From contig OY970192.1 of the NCBI GenBank assembly GCA_963708135.1, positions 128,001 through 192,000 on the forward strand: a stretch of DNA of 64,000 nt, written 5' to 3'. This DNA is from an uncultured Gemmatimonadales bacterium (lineage in GTDB: Bacteria > Gemmatimonadota > Gemmatimonadetes > Longimicrobiales > RSA9). The notes beneath the pieces were generated by a model that did no database searches, had not been told where the DNA came from, and saw only the letters and a list, made by a program, of their open reading frames with translations. The translations under genes and the position numbers were made by a program. This document shows positions 39,542 through 48,669 of the stretch, in pieces; the stretch's first letter is position 1; each line of letters begins with the position of its first letter.

Positions 39542-40551
39542 GGCCCTTCGCCTTCACCACCGCGTCGGATGCGGCGGCCGCGATCGAGGCCGTGGGCGGC
39601 GACGGCGGCGGCCGCTTCGTCGCCGGCGGCACCACGCTCCTCGACCTCATGAAGCTCGAGGTGGAGGCGCCCGCGCGCGTGGTGGACATCAACCGCATCG
39701 CCGAGGCGGACGAGGACCTCGCCGCCATCGCGGAGCTGCCGGACGGCACGCTCCGCATCGGTGCGCTGGTACGCAACAGCGACCTGGCCTGGAGCGCGCT
39801 CGTCGAGCGCCGCTACCCCGTGCTCGCGGAGGCGCTGCTCTCCGGCGCGTCCGGACAGATCCGCAACATGGCCACGACCGGCGGCAACCTCATGCAGCGC
39901 ACGCGCTGCTGGTACTTCCGCGACACCAGCCAGCCGTGCAACAGGCGGGAGCCCGGCAGCGGCTGCGCGGCGATCGACGGGCTGAACCGCATCCACGCCG
40001 TGCTCGGCACGAGCGCCCACTGCATCGCCACGCACCCCTCCGACATGGCCGTGGCGCTCGCCGCGCTGGATGCCGTCGTGCGCGTGCGCGGCCCCGCGGG
40101 CGAGCGCACGATCCCGCTCGTCGACTTCCACCTGCTCCCCGGCGAGCACCCCGAGCGGGAGACCGCGCTCGAGCCGGGCGACCTCATCACCGCCGTGGAC
40201 GTCCCGCCGCTCGCCTTCGGCTGGCGCTCGCACTACCGCAAGGTGCGCGACCGCGCCTCCTTCGCCTTCGCGCTGGCCTCCGCCGCCGTGGCGCTCGACC
40301 TGGATGGCGGCCGGATCCGCGCGGCCAGGATCGCGCTGGGTGGCGTGGCCACGAAGCCGTGGCGCTCCCCCGAGGCCGAGCAGCTCCTCGCCGGGCGCGA
40401 GCCAGGACGCGACGCATTTCGCGCGGCCGCCGAGGCGGCGCTCCGGAACGCGGTGCCGCGCCGCCACAACGCCTTCAAGCCCGAGCTCGCCCGCCGCACG
40501 CTCGCGCGCGCGCTCGAGACCACGGCCGCGCTGCCGGGGAGGGAAGCATGA
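39538..40551 (+). CDS. paoB: Xanthine-dehydrogenase-family FAD subunit with [4Fe-4S] insert (PaoB/YagS-like)
   Basis: AGGTTLLDLMK, RNMATTGGN, RCWYFRD..CN..GSGC..HCIATHPSD and KVRDRASFAFA motifs. Confidence 0.88.
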   Translation: MRPFAFTTASDAAAAIEAVGGDGGGRFVAGGTTLLDLMKLEVEAPARVVDINRIAEADEDLAAIAELPDGTLRIGALVRNSDLAWSALVERRYPVLAEALLSGASGQIRNMATTGGNLMQRTRCWYFRDTSQPCNRREPGSGCAAIDGLNRIHAVLGTSAHCIATHPSDMAVALAALDAVVRVRGPAGERTIPLVDFHLLPGEHPERETALEPGDLITAVDVPPLAFGWRSHYRKVRDRASFAFALASAAVALDLDGGRIRAARIALGGVATKPWRSPEAEQLLAGREPGRDAFRAAAEAALRNAVPRRHNAFKPELARRTLARALETTAALPGREA

Positions 40552-42764
40552 GCATGGGTCCCGCGCTCGACCGCATCGACGGCCCGCTCAAGGTCACGGG
40601 CGGCGCGCGCTACTCCGCGGACGTCGCGCTGGACGGCGTCGCCTGCGGCTACCTCGTCCAGAGCACCATTGCGCGCGGGAGCATTACCGCCATCGACGCC
40701 GCTGAGGCCGAGGCCGCGCCCGGCGTGCTGCGCGTGCTCACGCACGAGAACGCGATGCGGCTGCCCGGCGGCGACCGCGCGGCGTACGACCCGCCCGCGG
40801 GGCGCGTGCTCACGGTGCTCCAGGAGGCGCGCGTCCACTATGACGGCCAGCCCGTCGCGCTGGTGGTGGCGGACACGTTCGAGCACGCGCGCGACGCGGC
40901 CGCGCTCGTCCGCATCGCGTACGAGGCCGAGTCCGCGGTGCTGGAGATGGACGCCGTCATCGATCAGGCGTACGAGCCGGACCCGTCCCTCGCGCTGGGC
41001 CAGCAGCCGGACAGCCGGCGCGGCGATGTGGAGGCGGGGCTCGCGGCGGCGGACGTGTGCATCGAGGCCACCTACACCACGCCCGTCGAGACCCACAACC
41101 CGATGGAGCCGCACGCCACGATCGCGGTATGGGACGAGGGCGGCGAGAGCCTCACCCTCTACGACGCGACGCAGGGCGTGTGGCCGCACCGGCGGACCGT
41201 GGCCCGGGCGCTCGGGATCGACCCCGAGCGCGTGCGCGTGGTCTCCCGCTTCATCGGCGGCGGCTTCGGCTGCAAGGGCTCCGTCTGGTCCCACGTCATC
41301 CTGGCGGCCATGGCCGCCAGGCAGCTCGAGCGGCCGGTGAAGGTGGTGCTGCCGCGTCGCCTGATGTTCGCGCCCGTCGGGCACCGCCCCGAGACCCGCC
41401 AGGTCGTCGCCCTCGGCGCCCGCCGCGACGGCCGCCTCACCGCCATCCGCCACGCCAGCACCTCGCACACCTCGCGGATCGAGGACTGGCTGGAGACCTG
41501 CGCCCTCGTCACCCGCATGCTCTACGAGTGCGACGCCGTGGCCACCAGCCACCGGATCGTCCCGCTCGACGTCGGCACCCCCACCTTCACGCGCGCGCCC
41601 GGCCAGGCCACCGGTACGTTCGCCCTCGAGAGCGCCATGGACGAGCTGGCGTGGGCGCTCGGGATGGACCCCGTCGCCCTGCGCCTGGCCAACTACGCCG
41701 AGCGCGACCCGGCCACCGGCAAACCGTTCTCCAGCAAGTCGCTGCGCGCCTGCTACGAGGTGGGCGGGCGCCGCTTCGGCTGGGCCGGCCGCCCGAAGCG
41801 GCCCCGCTCCATGCGTGACGGGGACGCCCTCGTCGGCTGGGGGATGGCGACGGCGACGTATCCGACCCACCGGCGCGCCGCTTCCGCCGACGCGACGCTG
41901 CTCGCCGACGGCACCGCCGTCGTGCGCGCCGGGACCCAGGACATCGGCACCGGCACCCACACGATCATGGCGCAGATCGCCGCCGAAGCGCTCGGCCTTC
42001 CCATCGAGCGCGTCACCTTCGAGCTCGGCGACACGGAGCTCCCGGAGACCCCGATCTCCGGCGGCTCCATGACCGCCGCCTCCACCGGCTCCGCCGTCCA
42101 CCAGGCCTGTCTCGACGCCCGGCGCGCCGCCGCCCGCCTCGCCCTCGGCGACGAGCGCTCGCCGCTCCACGGCGCGGGCGAGGACGCGCTGCGCTTCGAG
42201 GACGGGCGCGTCGCCATGGCAGGGGAGCCGGCAAGGTCGGAGAGCTACGCGGCCATCGCCGAGCGGAACGGCGGCGAAGTCCGCGGCAGCGCGCACGCGG
42301 AGCCGCCGGAGGACGACCCGTACGCGAAACACGCCTTCGGAGCCGTCTTCGTCGAGGCGCGGGTGGACGCGCAGCTGGGTGAGGTCCGCGTTCCGCGCGT
42401 GGTGGGCGCCTACGGCGTCGGCCGCGTGCTGAACGAGAAGACCGCCCGCAGCCAGCTCATCGGCGGCATCGTCTGGGGGCTCGGCATGGCGCTCATGGAG
42501 AAGACGCTGATCGAGCCGCGCAGCGGCCGGATCGTGAACGCCGACCTGGCCGAGTACCACGTCCCCGTGAACGCCGACGTCGGCTCGATCGACATCACGT
42601 TCGTGGACGAGGACGATCCGCACGTGAACCCGATCGGCGTGAAGGGCATCGGCGAGATCGGGATCACCGGCGTCGCCGCCGCCGTGGCCAACGCCGTCTA
42701 CCACGCCACCGGCGTGCGGGTCCGGGAGCTGCCGATCACGGGGGAGAAGGCGGTCGGACCATGA
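40548..42764 (+). CDS. paoC: Xanthine-dehydrogenase-family Mo-binding subunit (PaoC/YagR-like)
   Basis: RIDGPLKVTG, HNPMEPH, GGGFGCK, TRAPG and KGIGEIG (catalytic Glu) motifs. Confidence 0.9.
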   Translation: MSMGPALDRIDGPLKVTGGARYSADVALDGVACGYLVQSTIARGSITAIDAAEAEAAPGVLRVLTHENAMRLPGGDRAAYDPPAGRVLTVLQEARVHYDGQPVALVVADTFEHARDAAALVRIAYEAESAVLEMDAVIDQAYEPDPSLALGQQPDSRRGDVEAGLAAADVCIEATYTTPVETHNPMEPHATIAVWDEGGESLTLYDATQGVWPHRRTVARALGIDPERVRVVSRFIGGGFGCKGSVWSHVILAAMAARQLERPVKVVLPRRLMFAPVGHRPETRQVVALGARRDGRLTAIRHASTSHTSRIEDWLETCALVTRMLYECDAVATSHRIVPLDVGTPTFTRAPGQATGTFALESAMDELAWALGMDPVALRLANYAERDPATGKPFSSKSLRACYEVGGRRFGWAGRPKRPRSMRDGDALVGWGMATATYPTHRRAASADATLLADGTAVVRAGTQDIGTGTHTIMAQIAAEALGLPIERVTFELGDTELPETPISGGSMTAASTGSAVHQACLDARRAAARLALGDERSPLHGAGEDALRFEDGRVAMAGEPARSESYAAIAERNGGEVRGSAHAEPPEDDPYAKHAFGAVFVEARVDAQLGEVRVPRVVGAYGVGRVLNEKTARSQLIGGIVWGLGMALMEKTLIEPRSGRIVNADLAEYHVPVNADVGSIDITFVDEDDPHVNPIGVKGIGEIGITGVAAAVANAVYHATGVRVRELPITGEKAVGP

Positions 42765-42772
42765 CAACTGCG

Positions 42773-42950
42773 AACGGCGGCACGATCAACGGCGGCACGA
42801 CCAACGGCGGCACGACCAACTGCGGCACGACCAACGGCGGCACGACCAACTGCGGCACGACCAACTGCGGCACGACCAACGGCGGCACGATCAACGGCGG
42901 CACGATCAACGGCGGCACGATCAACGGCGGCACGATCAACGGCGGCACGA
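42773..42950. repeat. 15-bp tandem array x12 (AAC[G/T]GCGGCACGA[T/C]C)
   Basis: Units every 15 bp from 42773 to 42938; the reverse complement resembles the 38803 array. Confidence 0.92.
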
Positions 42951-43484
42951 CGTCGCGGAGCGGAATCCGGGACCCGCCGGTGGACCAAACTCCCACATCG
43001 TCGAGGCGCCAGAAGCGCACTGGCAGAAATGCCTCCTATGTCAACCAAAGTCCCGCCGCGTGGGATGAGGGAGCCAGCCGGTCGGGACTTTGGTCTGCAT
43101 AGCGGCTCAAAGTGCGAGAGGGCTTCTTGCAGGGCAAGCGATCGGGCAGAAGGGTCCGCCCGCCGCCTTCAGAGAAGCCCTTGCGATGCGGAACGGTCAG
43201 CGGCCTCGACAGCTCGAGACTCGCCATGGAGAAGCTCCTCGGCGCTGCCGCCCAACGGCCCCCCCGGATAACAGCACGGCGCCTCGACGCCGGCGAGTGT
43301 TGCCCCGCCACTCCGCCGACCCTATGCTGTTTCGATTCCGGCGCCATTCAACGACCGCTTCCATTCCGTAGGCCCGTACACCGGCGATGAGCCGCAGCGC
43401 ATCCGCCGGTCGGCTCGCCTCCCCATCCGGCGGCCGACTGCGGGAGAGCGGGCCTGCGAACCCTTGGACAGGAGAGCCCCAACG

Positions 43485-45137
43485 ATGCCAAGGCGCGGAG
43501 GGATACGGATCTGGCGGTATCGCAGTGGTGTCTGGCAGTACCGCACCACCTCCTCGAGCCGCGAGAACCAGGACCTCGCGGCGACGGCGGTCGCGACCAC
43601 GGCGCCCCCGCGCGAGGACGACTGGCTGGTGCAGGCCCTGCCCACGGGGTCGAACGGCAAGGTCCAGTCGATCGGCGCCGACCACATCATTGCCACCTTC
43701 CCGGACGCGCGGATGCCCAAGGACGGCAATGTCTGGCACTGGGACGGGGACGAGCTGCGGCGCATCTACCACCGGAGCACGAAGGTGGACAGGGAATCTC
43801 GCGTCGAGGAGGTCAGCGCGGCGCTCGCCGGCTACGATGCGGACGACGAGCTGGTCATCTTCTTTCGCGGGGTGAACCAGCACTGCTTCGTGCTACACTG
43901 CAAGACGAACGCGTGGGAGGAGGCGGAGCTCGAGGAGACGATGGGGACGCTCGAGCTCACGGCGGCCGGCGGCGAGAACGAGGACGCGCTGCTCGACTCC
44001 GACGACCAGGCGCTGATCGTCGTCGCCCAGCGTCTGGCCCGCCGCGAGCGGGAGATCCGGCGCGCCATCCAGGCCGCGGACGATGGCGACGAGGACACCG
44101 CGCTCCGGATCGTCGGCCAGGCCGTCCACGAAGTGCTGATGGGCGCCGAGCCCGCGCCGGTGCAGGGCCACAACGTCCTGACCTCGCTGCCATCCGTGAT
44201 CGACAACGTCGAGAAGCTCGACTCGCTGGTAAAGGGCCACGAGACCCTGAAGCAGGTCAGCGACTCGAAGCGATCGGGGGGCACAGGTGACTTCGGCACG
44301 GGCGTCGGCCTCGTGGACGGCACATGGCAGGCGGTAGGCTCGATCGTGGCCTTCTTCACGAGCGTCGTCGAGGGCGCCAAGATGAACCAGCTGTCCCACG
44401 GGGATCGCCAGGCAAAGCACGGCCACAACGCCCGCGGCCGCCAGGCGCTCACGGTCGGGACCCACGGCATGAAGTCCGCCTCCACCACGGCCGCCGCCGT
44501 CGAGGCCATCGGCAAGGTCGCCTCCTTCTCCACCTCGGTCCCCAGCCCGCTCACGCCCGTGATCGGCACGCTGACGGGGCTCATCGCCACCACGCGCAGC
44601 AGCATCCAGGCGGACAAGTCGCGCCGCCGTGTGGCCAAGCTCAAGCGGGCGCTCGAGCAGCACAGCGGCTCCATCGATTACGACGTCCAGCGGCTGCTCG
44701 CCTATGCCATGCGCAAGTCGAAGCGGAAGTTCGGGACCAGGACCGCCGAGGCCACCACCGCCGCGTTCGGCACCGCGGGATCCACCATCCTCATCGTCGG
44801 TGCCGTCCTCGCCGGCGCCAACGCGTGGAACCCCGTCGGCTGGGGCATCGGCATCGCCGTCTTCATTGCCGGTGCGGGGCTGCTGACGTACAAGATCGTG
44901 CGCAAGGGGACGAGCAACCGCCGCGCCGAGCGGCGCGGGTTCAGCCGGACCGAGTTCCCCGCCAAGCTGCTCGATGAGTTCCACCGGCAGTTCGGCCGCA
45001 GCCCGAAATCATCCAACACCCTCGTCCTCTACAGCGTGCTCCAGGCCTACGGTGTCCACCCCATCGACATCCTCGCCAGCCCGACCACGGAGGTATCGCG
45101 CGCCCGGGACCGCATCGCCCGGCACCTGAAGTCGTGA
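43485..45137 (+). CDS. Orphan 550-aa protein with C-terminal hydrophobic hairpin (putative pore-forming toxin/translocon-like)
   Basis: AGGAGA RBS; long ORF with coding-like GC3; Gly/Ala-rich amphipathic helices and TM hairpin ILIVGAVLAGANAWNPVGWGIGIAVFIAGAGLLTYK. The function is inferred. Confidence 0.75.
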   Translation: MPRRGGIRIWRYRSGVWQYRTTSSSRENQDLAATAVATTAPPREDDWLVQALPTGSNGKVQSIGADHIIATFPDARMPKDGNVWHWDGDELRRIYHRSTKVDRESRVEEVSAALAGYDADDELVIFFRGVNQHCFVLHCKTNAWEEAELEETMGTLELTAAGGENEDALLDSDDQALIVVAQRLARREREIRRAIQAADDGDEDTALRIVGQAVHEVLMGAEPAPVQGHNVLTSLPSVIDNVEKLDSLVKGHETLKQVSDSKRSGGTGDFGTGVGLVDGTWQAVGSIVAFFTSVVEGAKMNQLSHGDRQAKHGHNARGRQALTVGTHGMKSASTTAAAVEAIGKVASFSTSVPSPLTPVIGTLTGLIATTRSSIQADKSRRRVAKLKRALEQHSGSIDYDVQRLLAYAMRKSKRKFGTRTAEATTAAFGTAGSTILIVGAVLAGANAWNPVGWGIGIAVFIAGAGLLTYKIVRKGTSNRRAERRGFSRTEFPAKLLDEFHRQFGRSPKSSNTLVLYSVLQAYGVHPIDILASPTTEVSRARDRIARHLKS

Positions 45138-45265
45138 CGGGGCGGCAGGCGGAATCACCGGCAACGATAGGCTGCCCCGTCGCGCGAACCCGCAGGAACG
45201 GGAGGGCTCAGGCGAACTCCAGCAGCTTTGCGTCCCTACCCGCGCGAGGCTGAACGTTCAAGATC

Positions 45266-45622
45266 TCATGCGCGTTCGAAAAGCGGGCCGCAGCGACCCA
45301 CGTTCAGGATCGTGCCTGGCAGGCAGGTGCACAGGGCCGCCTGGGTGAAGTGCGCCGGCAGCGCACGCGTCCGGAGATACTCGCCGTACGTCTGGATGAA
45401 GTCGCCGATGGCGAGCCAACGGCCTCGCAAGCCTGCCCCCGAAGCGAGGAGCGGGTTCACCGTCGCGGTGTCCGTGGCGCCGACGTGCACGCGCATCCCT
45501 GCCAGCTCGCCATCGAGCTGCACGGTGATGTAGCCGCCGAGCCACGCGTTCGCGGCGCGCGTGGGCCGGCGCGCGACCTGCCGACCCGGGATCTTCGTCA
45601 GGGTTCCTGGAACGATGACCAT
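45266..45622 (-). CDS. Hypothetical protein (118 aa), possibly 3'-truncated
   Basis: GGAGG RBS upstream; globular-looking sequence ending ...RALP...LNVGRCGPLFERA. Confidence 0.55.
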   Translation of the reverse strand: MVIVPGTLTKIPGRQVARRPTRAANAWLGGYITVQLDGELAGMRVHVGATDTATVNPLLASGAGLRGRWLAIGDFIQTYGEYLRTRALPAHFTQAALCTCLPGTILNVGRCGPLFERA

Positions 45623-45698
45623 TTGCAGACCTCCGGCTTGGAGCGGGCGGGGCTATCGCTGCAGCGCGACATCTTCGGGCGAGGCCGGAGAACACGCT

Positions 45699-46211
45699 TC
45701 AGCGTTTGGCGTTGGGCTCCTTCAGCCGCTCCAGTGCAGTATGCAGGATGCGCTCGCCCCACGCCTTCTTCGACGAGTCGGGCACCATGCTCACGGCAAT
45801 GGTGCCCGTGTCCCGCTTCACGGCCATCTGGTGGAGCCGCGGGCTCCACGACGCCGAGTCGGCGAAGCCCGCGAGCGGCGCGGCGCCCGGCGCCGTCGCG
45901 TAGTCCCTGAGGCGGCCCTCGCGGTTCACCACCAGGATGATGCCGTCGCTCTTCCCCGGCGTGACCGACCACTCGCAGCGCGAGTAGCCCTGCAGGTCCG
46001 GGTTCACGGGACCCGGCACGAGCGTCATCCCCGTGATCTTCTCGACCTCCTGGAGCGACAGCAGCCCGCACGTCGCCGCCGGCTTCGGCGCGCTGGCGCG
46101 GGCGGCCGCCGCGCTGTCCTTCGCCGCCGCGCCCTTCGCCGCGTCGCCGCCGCACCCGCCGAGGAGCGCCGCGAGGGGCAGCGCCGCGGCCAGCATGCGG
46201 AAGCCCTTCAT
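45699..46211 (-). CDS. Hypothetical lipoprotein
   Basis: Lipobox LLGGC; Ala-rich linker followed by a two-Cys domain. Confidence 0.7.
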   Translation of the reverse strand: MKGFRMLAAALPLAALLGGCGGDAAKGAAAKDSAAAARASAPKPAATCGLLSLQEVEKITGMTLVPGPVNPDLQGYSRCEWSVTPGKSDGIILVVNREGRLRDYATAPGAAPLAGFADSASWSPRLHQMAVKRDTGTIAVSMVPDSSKKAWGERILHTALERLKEPNAKR

Positions 46212-46244
46212 CTCATGTCCCCTCGTCCCGAGTCTCGCGTGTCT

Positions 46245-46757
46245 TCACAGGCGCATGCGGACGGCGATCCGCGGCCGCCGTCCCGGCACCGCCTGGAGCC
46301 GCAGCCTGCCGGGAGGCGCCGCGCGCAGCGGCGCGGAGTGGATCGCGCCCCCGATGAGGGCGCCCACGCCGGCGCCGACCGCACCGCCGAGCACGACCAG
46401 CCCGAGGCACTCCCGCGGCGCCAGCGCATCCTGGTTGCGGCTGCGGTCGCAAAGGCTGGTCGAGCCTCCAGCGTGGATGACGATCCAGGTCGCGCCCGCG
46501 CCCACCACGAACCCCGCGGCCGCGCCGAGGAGCCGGTGCGAGCGCGCGCGAGCTGGAACGGGTGCGTCGCCTGCCGCGGCCGCGGCAGGCGACGGCGTCC
46601 AGCGCGCGGCGGGGGCGACCTGCGCCATGCTCGCCCCCGGAACCGCCGGAAGCCACAGGCATGCGACAAGCGCGCCCAGCCGGCCACGCGGCGCGCGGAT
46701 CGACCGACGAATCGCCCTGACCCCAGGTCTTCCGGCTGGAAGTTCGGTCGGCGTCAC
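46245..46757 (-). CDS. Hypothetical secreted/membrane protein with glycine-zipper motifs
   Basis: GAAAGFVVGAG and GGAVGAGVGALIGG flank a Cys-containing loop. Start uncertain. Confidence 0.55.
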   Translation of the reverse strand: MTPTELPAGRPGVRAIRRSIRAPRGRLGALVACLWLPAVPGASMAQVAPAARWTPSPAAAAAGDAPVPARARSHRLLGAAAGFVVGAGATWIVIHAGGSTSLCDRSRNQDALAPRECLGLVVLGGAVGAGVGALIGGAIHSAPLRAAPPGRLRLQAVPGRRPRIAVRMRL

Positions 46758-46772
46758 CGGCCGGCCGTGTGC

Positions 46773-47024
46773 TTACGACCCTTCCTGGACCTCGTAGATC
46801 TCGTCCGCCACGAGCCCGTGCGCGTCGTGGTGGACGGTGTTCGCGGCCTCCTTGTTCGGCGCCTCGACGAGACAGAAGATCTTGCCCGCCTTCTCGTCAA
46901 CCCAGTAGCGCAGGTACTTCACACCGTGCTTGCCCTGCTCCTCCAGGTCCTTCATGTGCGCGTCGGCGACGTCCTTTGCCGACACCCCGCCCTCCATGTT
47001 GTGCACGTCGAGAAATAGCGGCAT
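46773..47024 (-). CDS. DUF4242 / SCO4226-family nickel-binding protein
   Basis: MPLFLDVH, AHMKDL, YWVDEKAGKIFCLVEAP and HGLVADEIYEV motifs. Confidence 0.85.
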   Translation of the reverse strand: MPLFLDVHNMEGGVSAKDVADAHMKDLEEQGKHGVKYLRYWVDEKAGKIFCLVEAPNKEAANTVHHDAHGLVADEIYEVQEGS

Positions 47025-47226
47025 TGGTCTCCTCCTCCGGTGGTGCCAGGCGCGACCCGTCTCGTGTGGGCTCGGCCTCGCGGGAAGTTTGCGAACGATC
47101 CTATCCTGATCCTTTCCCGGACCCGGGGCAACCGCGACGAGCGCGTCCAGCAACCCGCCTTCGTCCCGCGCCAGGCGACGCGTGTTGCGGCTCACCCATC
47201 CCGGGCGCCAGACCGGTTCCACCCGG

Positions 47227-47625
47227 CTAATCGAGCTCGTAGCTCAGCGTGAGGGGATGCTCGCTGCCGTGCCCGACCGCCGTCGTGCCTTCGCCGCGCA
47301 GGCCCTGAAGCTCGCCCGTGCCGGAGCCGGGGATCACGAAATAGGACTCCTTCGCCACGCCGCCCTCGAACGTGCCGGTGCGCTGGAGCACGAAGCTGCC
47401 CGCTTTGCCGGCGAGGTGCCCGACGAAGCGCTCGAGCCCGACGAGGCTGGCCGAGCCGTCGCTGCGATACATCATCAGGTACTCGACGTGCCCCTCGCCT
47501 GAGATGTCGCCCGTGAAGGTCCTCGTGACGGCGGCCCGCGTCAGCTTCGGGAGGCCCGGGCCCTCACCATACGGCTCCTCGTCCCAGCCCGTGATGGCGA
47601 ACCGGCACGTCGCGACGTTCTTCAT
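47227..47625 (-). CDS. DUF3224-family protein
   Basis: F.ITGWDE, YLMMY, GSFVLQ and GSGTGELQGLRGEG motifs. Confidence 0.85.
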   Translation of the reverse strand: MKNVATCRFAITGWDEEPYGEGPGLPKLTRAAVTRTFTGDISGEGHVEYLMMYRSDGSASLVGLERFVGHLAGKAGSFVLQRTGTFEGGVAKESYFVIPGSGTGELQGLRGEGTTAVGHGSEHPLTLSYELD

Positions 47626-47692
47626 GTCTCAACCTCCCCTCGTTCGGCCCGCACCATCCGGGTCGGGCTCGCCTGCGCGCGCGCCGTGGACG

Positions 47693-47986
47693 CTACGGGA
47701 TCAGCGACACGATCTTCGCGAACGCATCCGGGTCCCACGCCCGCATGGTGACGCTGTGCACGTTCCCCTGCGCCGCCGTCCCCAGCGCGAACGCGGTCGC
47801 GTTGCTCTCGTCGTCGGCCTCCGAGACGACCACGAGATCGTACGGACCCTGCGTGTAGTACGCCGCCACGACCTTCACGCCGGCACCCTTCCCGGCGTCC
47901 ATGGCGGCTTTCAGCCGCGCCGGCGACTGCTTGACCGTCCGGATTCCCTGCTCGGTGAAGTTGTAGAGCGTGACGTACGTGGCCAT
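47693..47986 (-). CDS. GYD-domain protein
   Basis: FTEQG, YYTQGPYDLVV and GNVHSVTMRA motifs. Confidence 0.85.
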   Translation of the reverse strand: MATYVTLYNFTEQGIRTVKQSPARLKAAMDAGKGAGVKVVAAYYTQGPYDLVVVSEADDESNATAFALGTAAQGNVHSVTMRAWDPDAFAKIVSLIP

Positions 47987-48151
47987 GGCCGGCCTCCTTG
48001 GTGGGCGTGGGTGGGAACGGCTCCAGAATGCCGCCCGGCCCACGTCCCCCGCAAGCCGCGTCGGCAGACGCCGGGTGTACCCTGCGGCTAACGCCCTCGT
48101 CCAGATCGTTGCTGATGCAAGCCGATCCGCCTGCACGGCGAGTGCGCACCC

Positions 48152-48622
48152 CTATCCTGGCTGTGTGCTCATCGGGGCGTCCAGCTGCCGAAGCTCTTGG
48201 GCAAGCCCGATGAGAATTCCCTCGGGGCCCCGAATGTAGCAGAGCCGATACACCTCTTCGTATTGGACCGCTTCGCCGACCAGCTCCGCGCCGCGCCTGC
48301 CGAGCCGGGCGAGCGTATCGTCGAGGTCCTCCACGGTGAACATGACACGTAGATAACCGAGAGCGTTCACCGGGGCGCGGCGGTGGTCGGCAACCGCGGG
48401 TGGCGCGAGGAATCGGGACATTTCGAGCCGGCCGTGACCGTCCGGCGTTCGCATCATGGCAATCTCGACGCGCATGTCGCGCAATCCAGTGACGCCATCT
48501 GCCCAGTCTCCTTCGATCGGGGCGCGTCCCTCGAGCTCCAGGCCGAGCTCGGCGAAGAACTCGATAGCGGCATCGAGGTCTTCTACCACTATGCCGACGT
48601 TGTCCATACGCCTGACCGTCAT
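48152..48622 (-). CDS. VOC/glyoxalase-family protein
   Basis: RMDNVGIVVEDL and RLCYIRGPEGILIGLAQ motifs. Confidence 0.88.
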   Translation of the reverse strand: MTVRRMDNVGIVVEDLDAAIEFFAELGLELEGRAPIEGDWADGVTGLRDMRVEIAMMRTPDGHGRLEMSRFLAPPAVADHRRAPVNALGYLRVMFTVEDLDDTLARLGRRGAELVGEAVQYEEVYRLCYIRGPEGILIGLAQELRQLDAPMSTQPG

Positions 48623-48669
48623 GATTTCTCCTCGGCCTCTAAAACGCCATTATGGCTGCGCCGTACTTC

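Noticed and set aside
48060..48152. Complete attC site after the VOC gene
   Set aside because: A GTTAGCC core is present on the minus strand, but I could find no complementary RYYYAAC or L-box stem.
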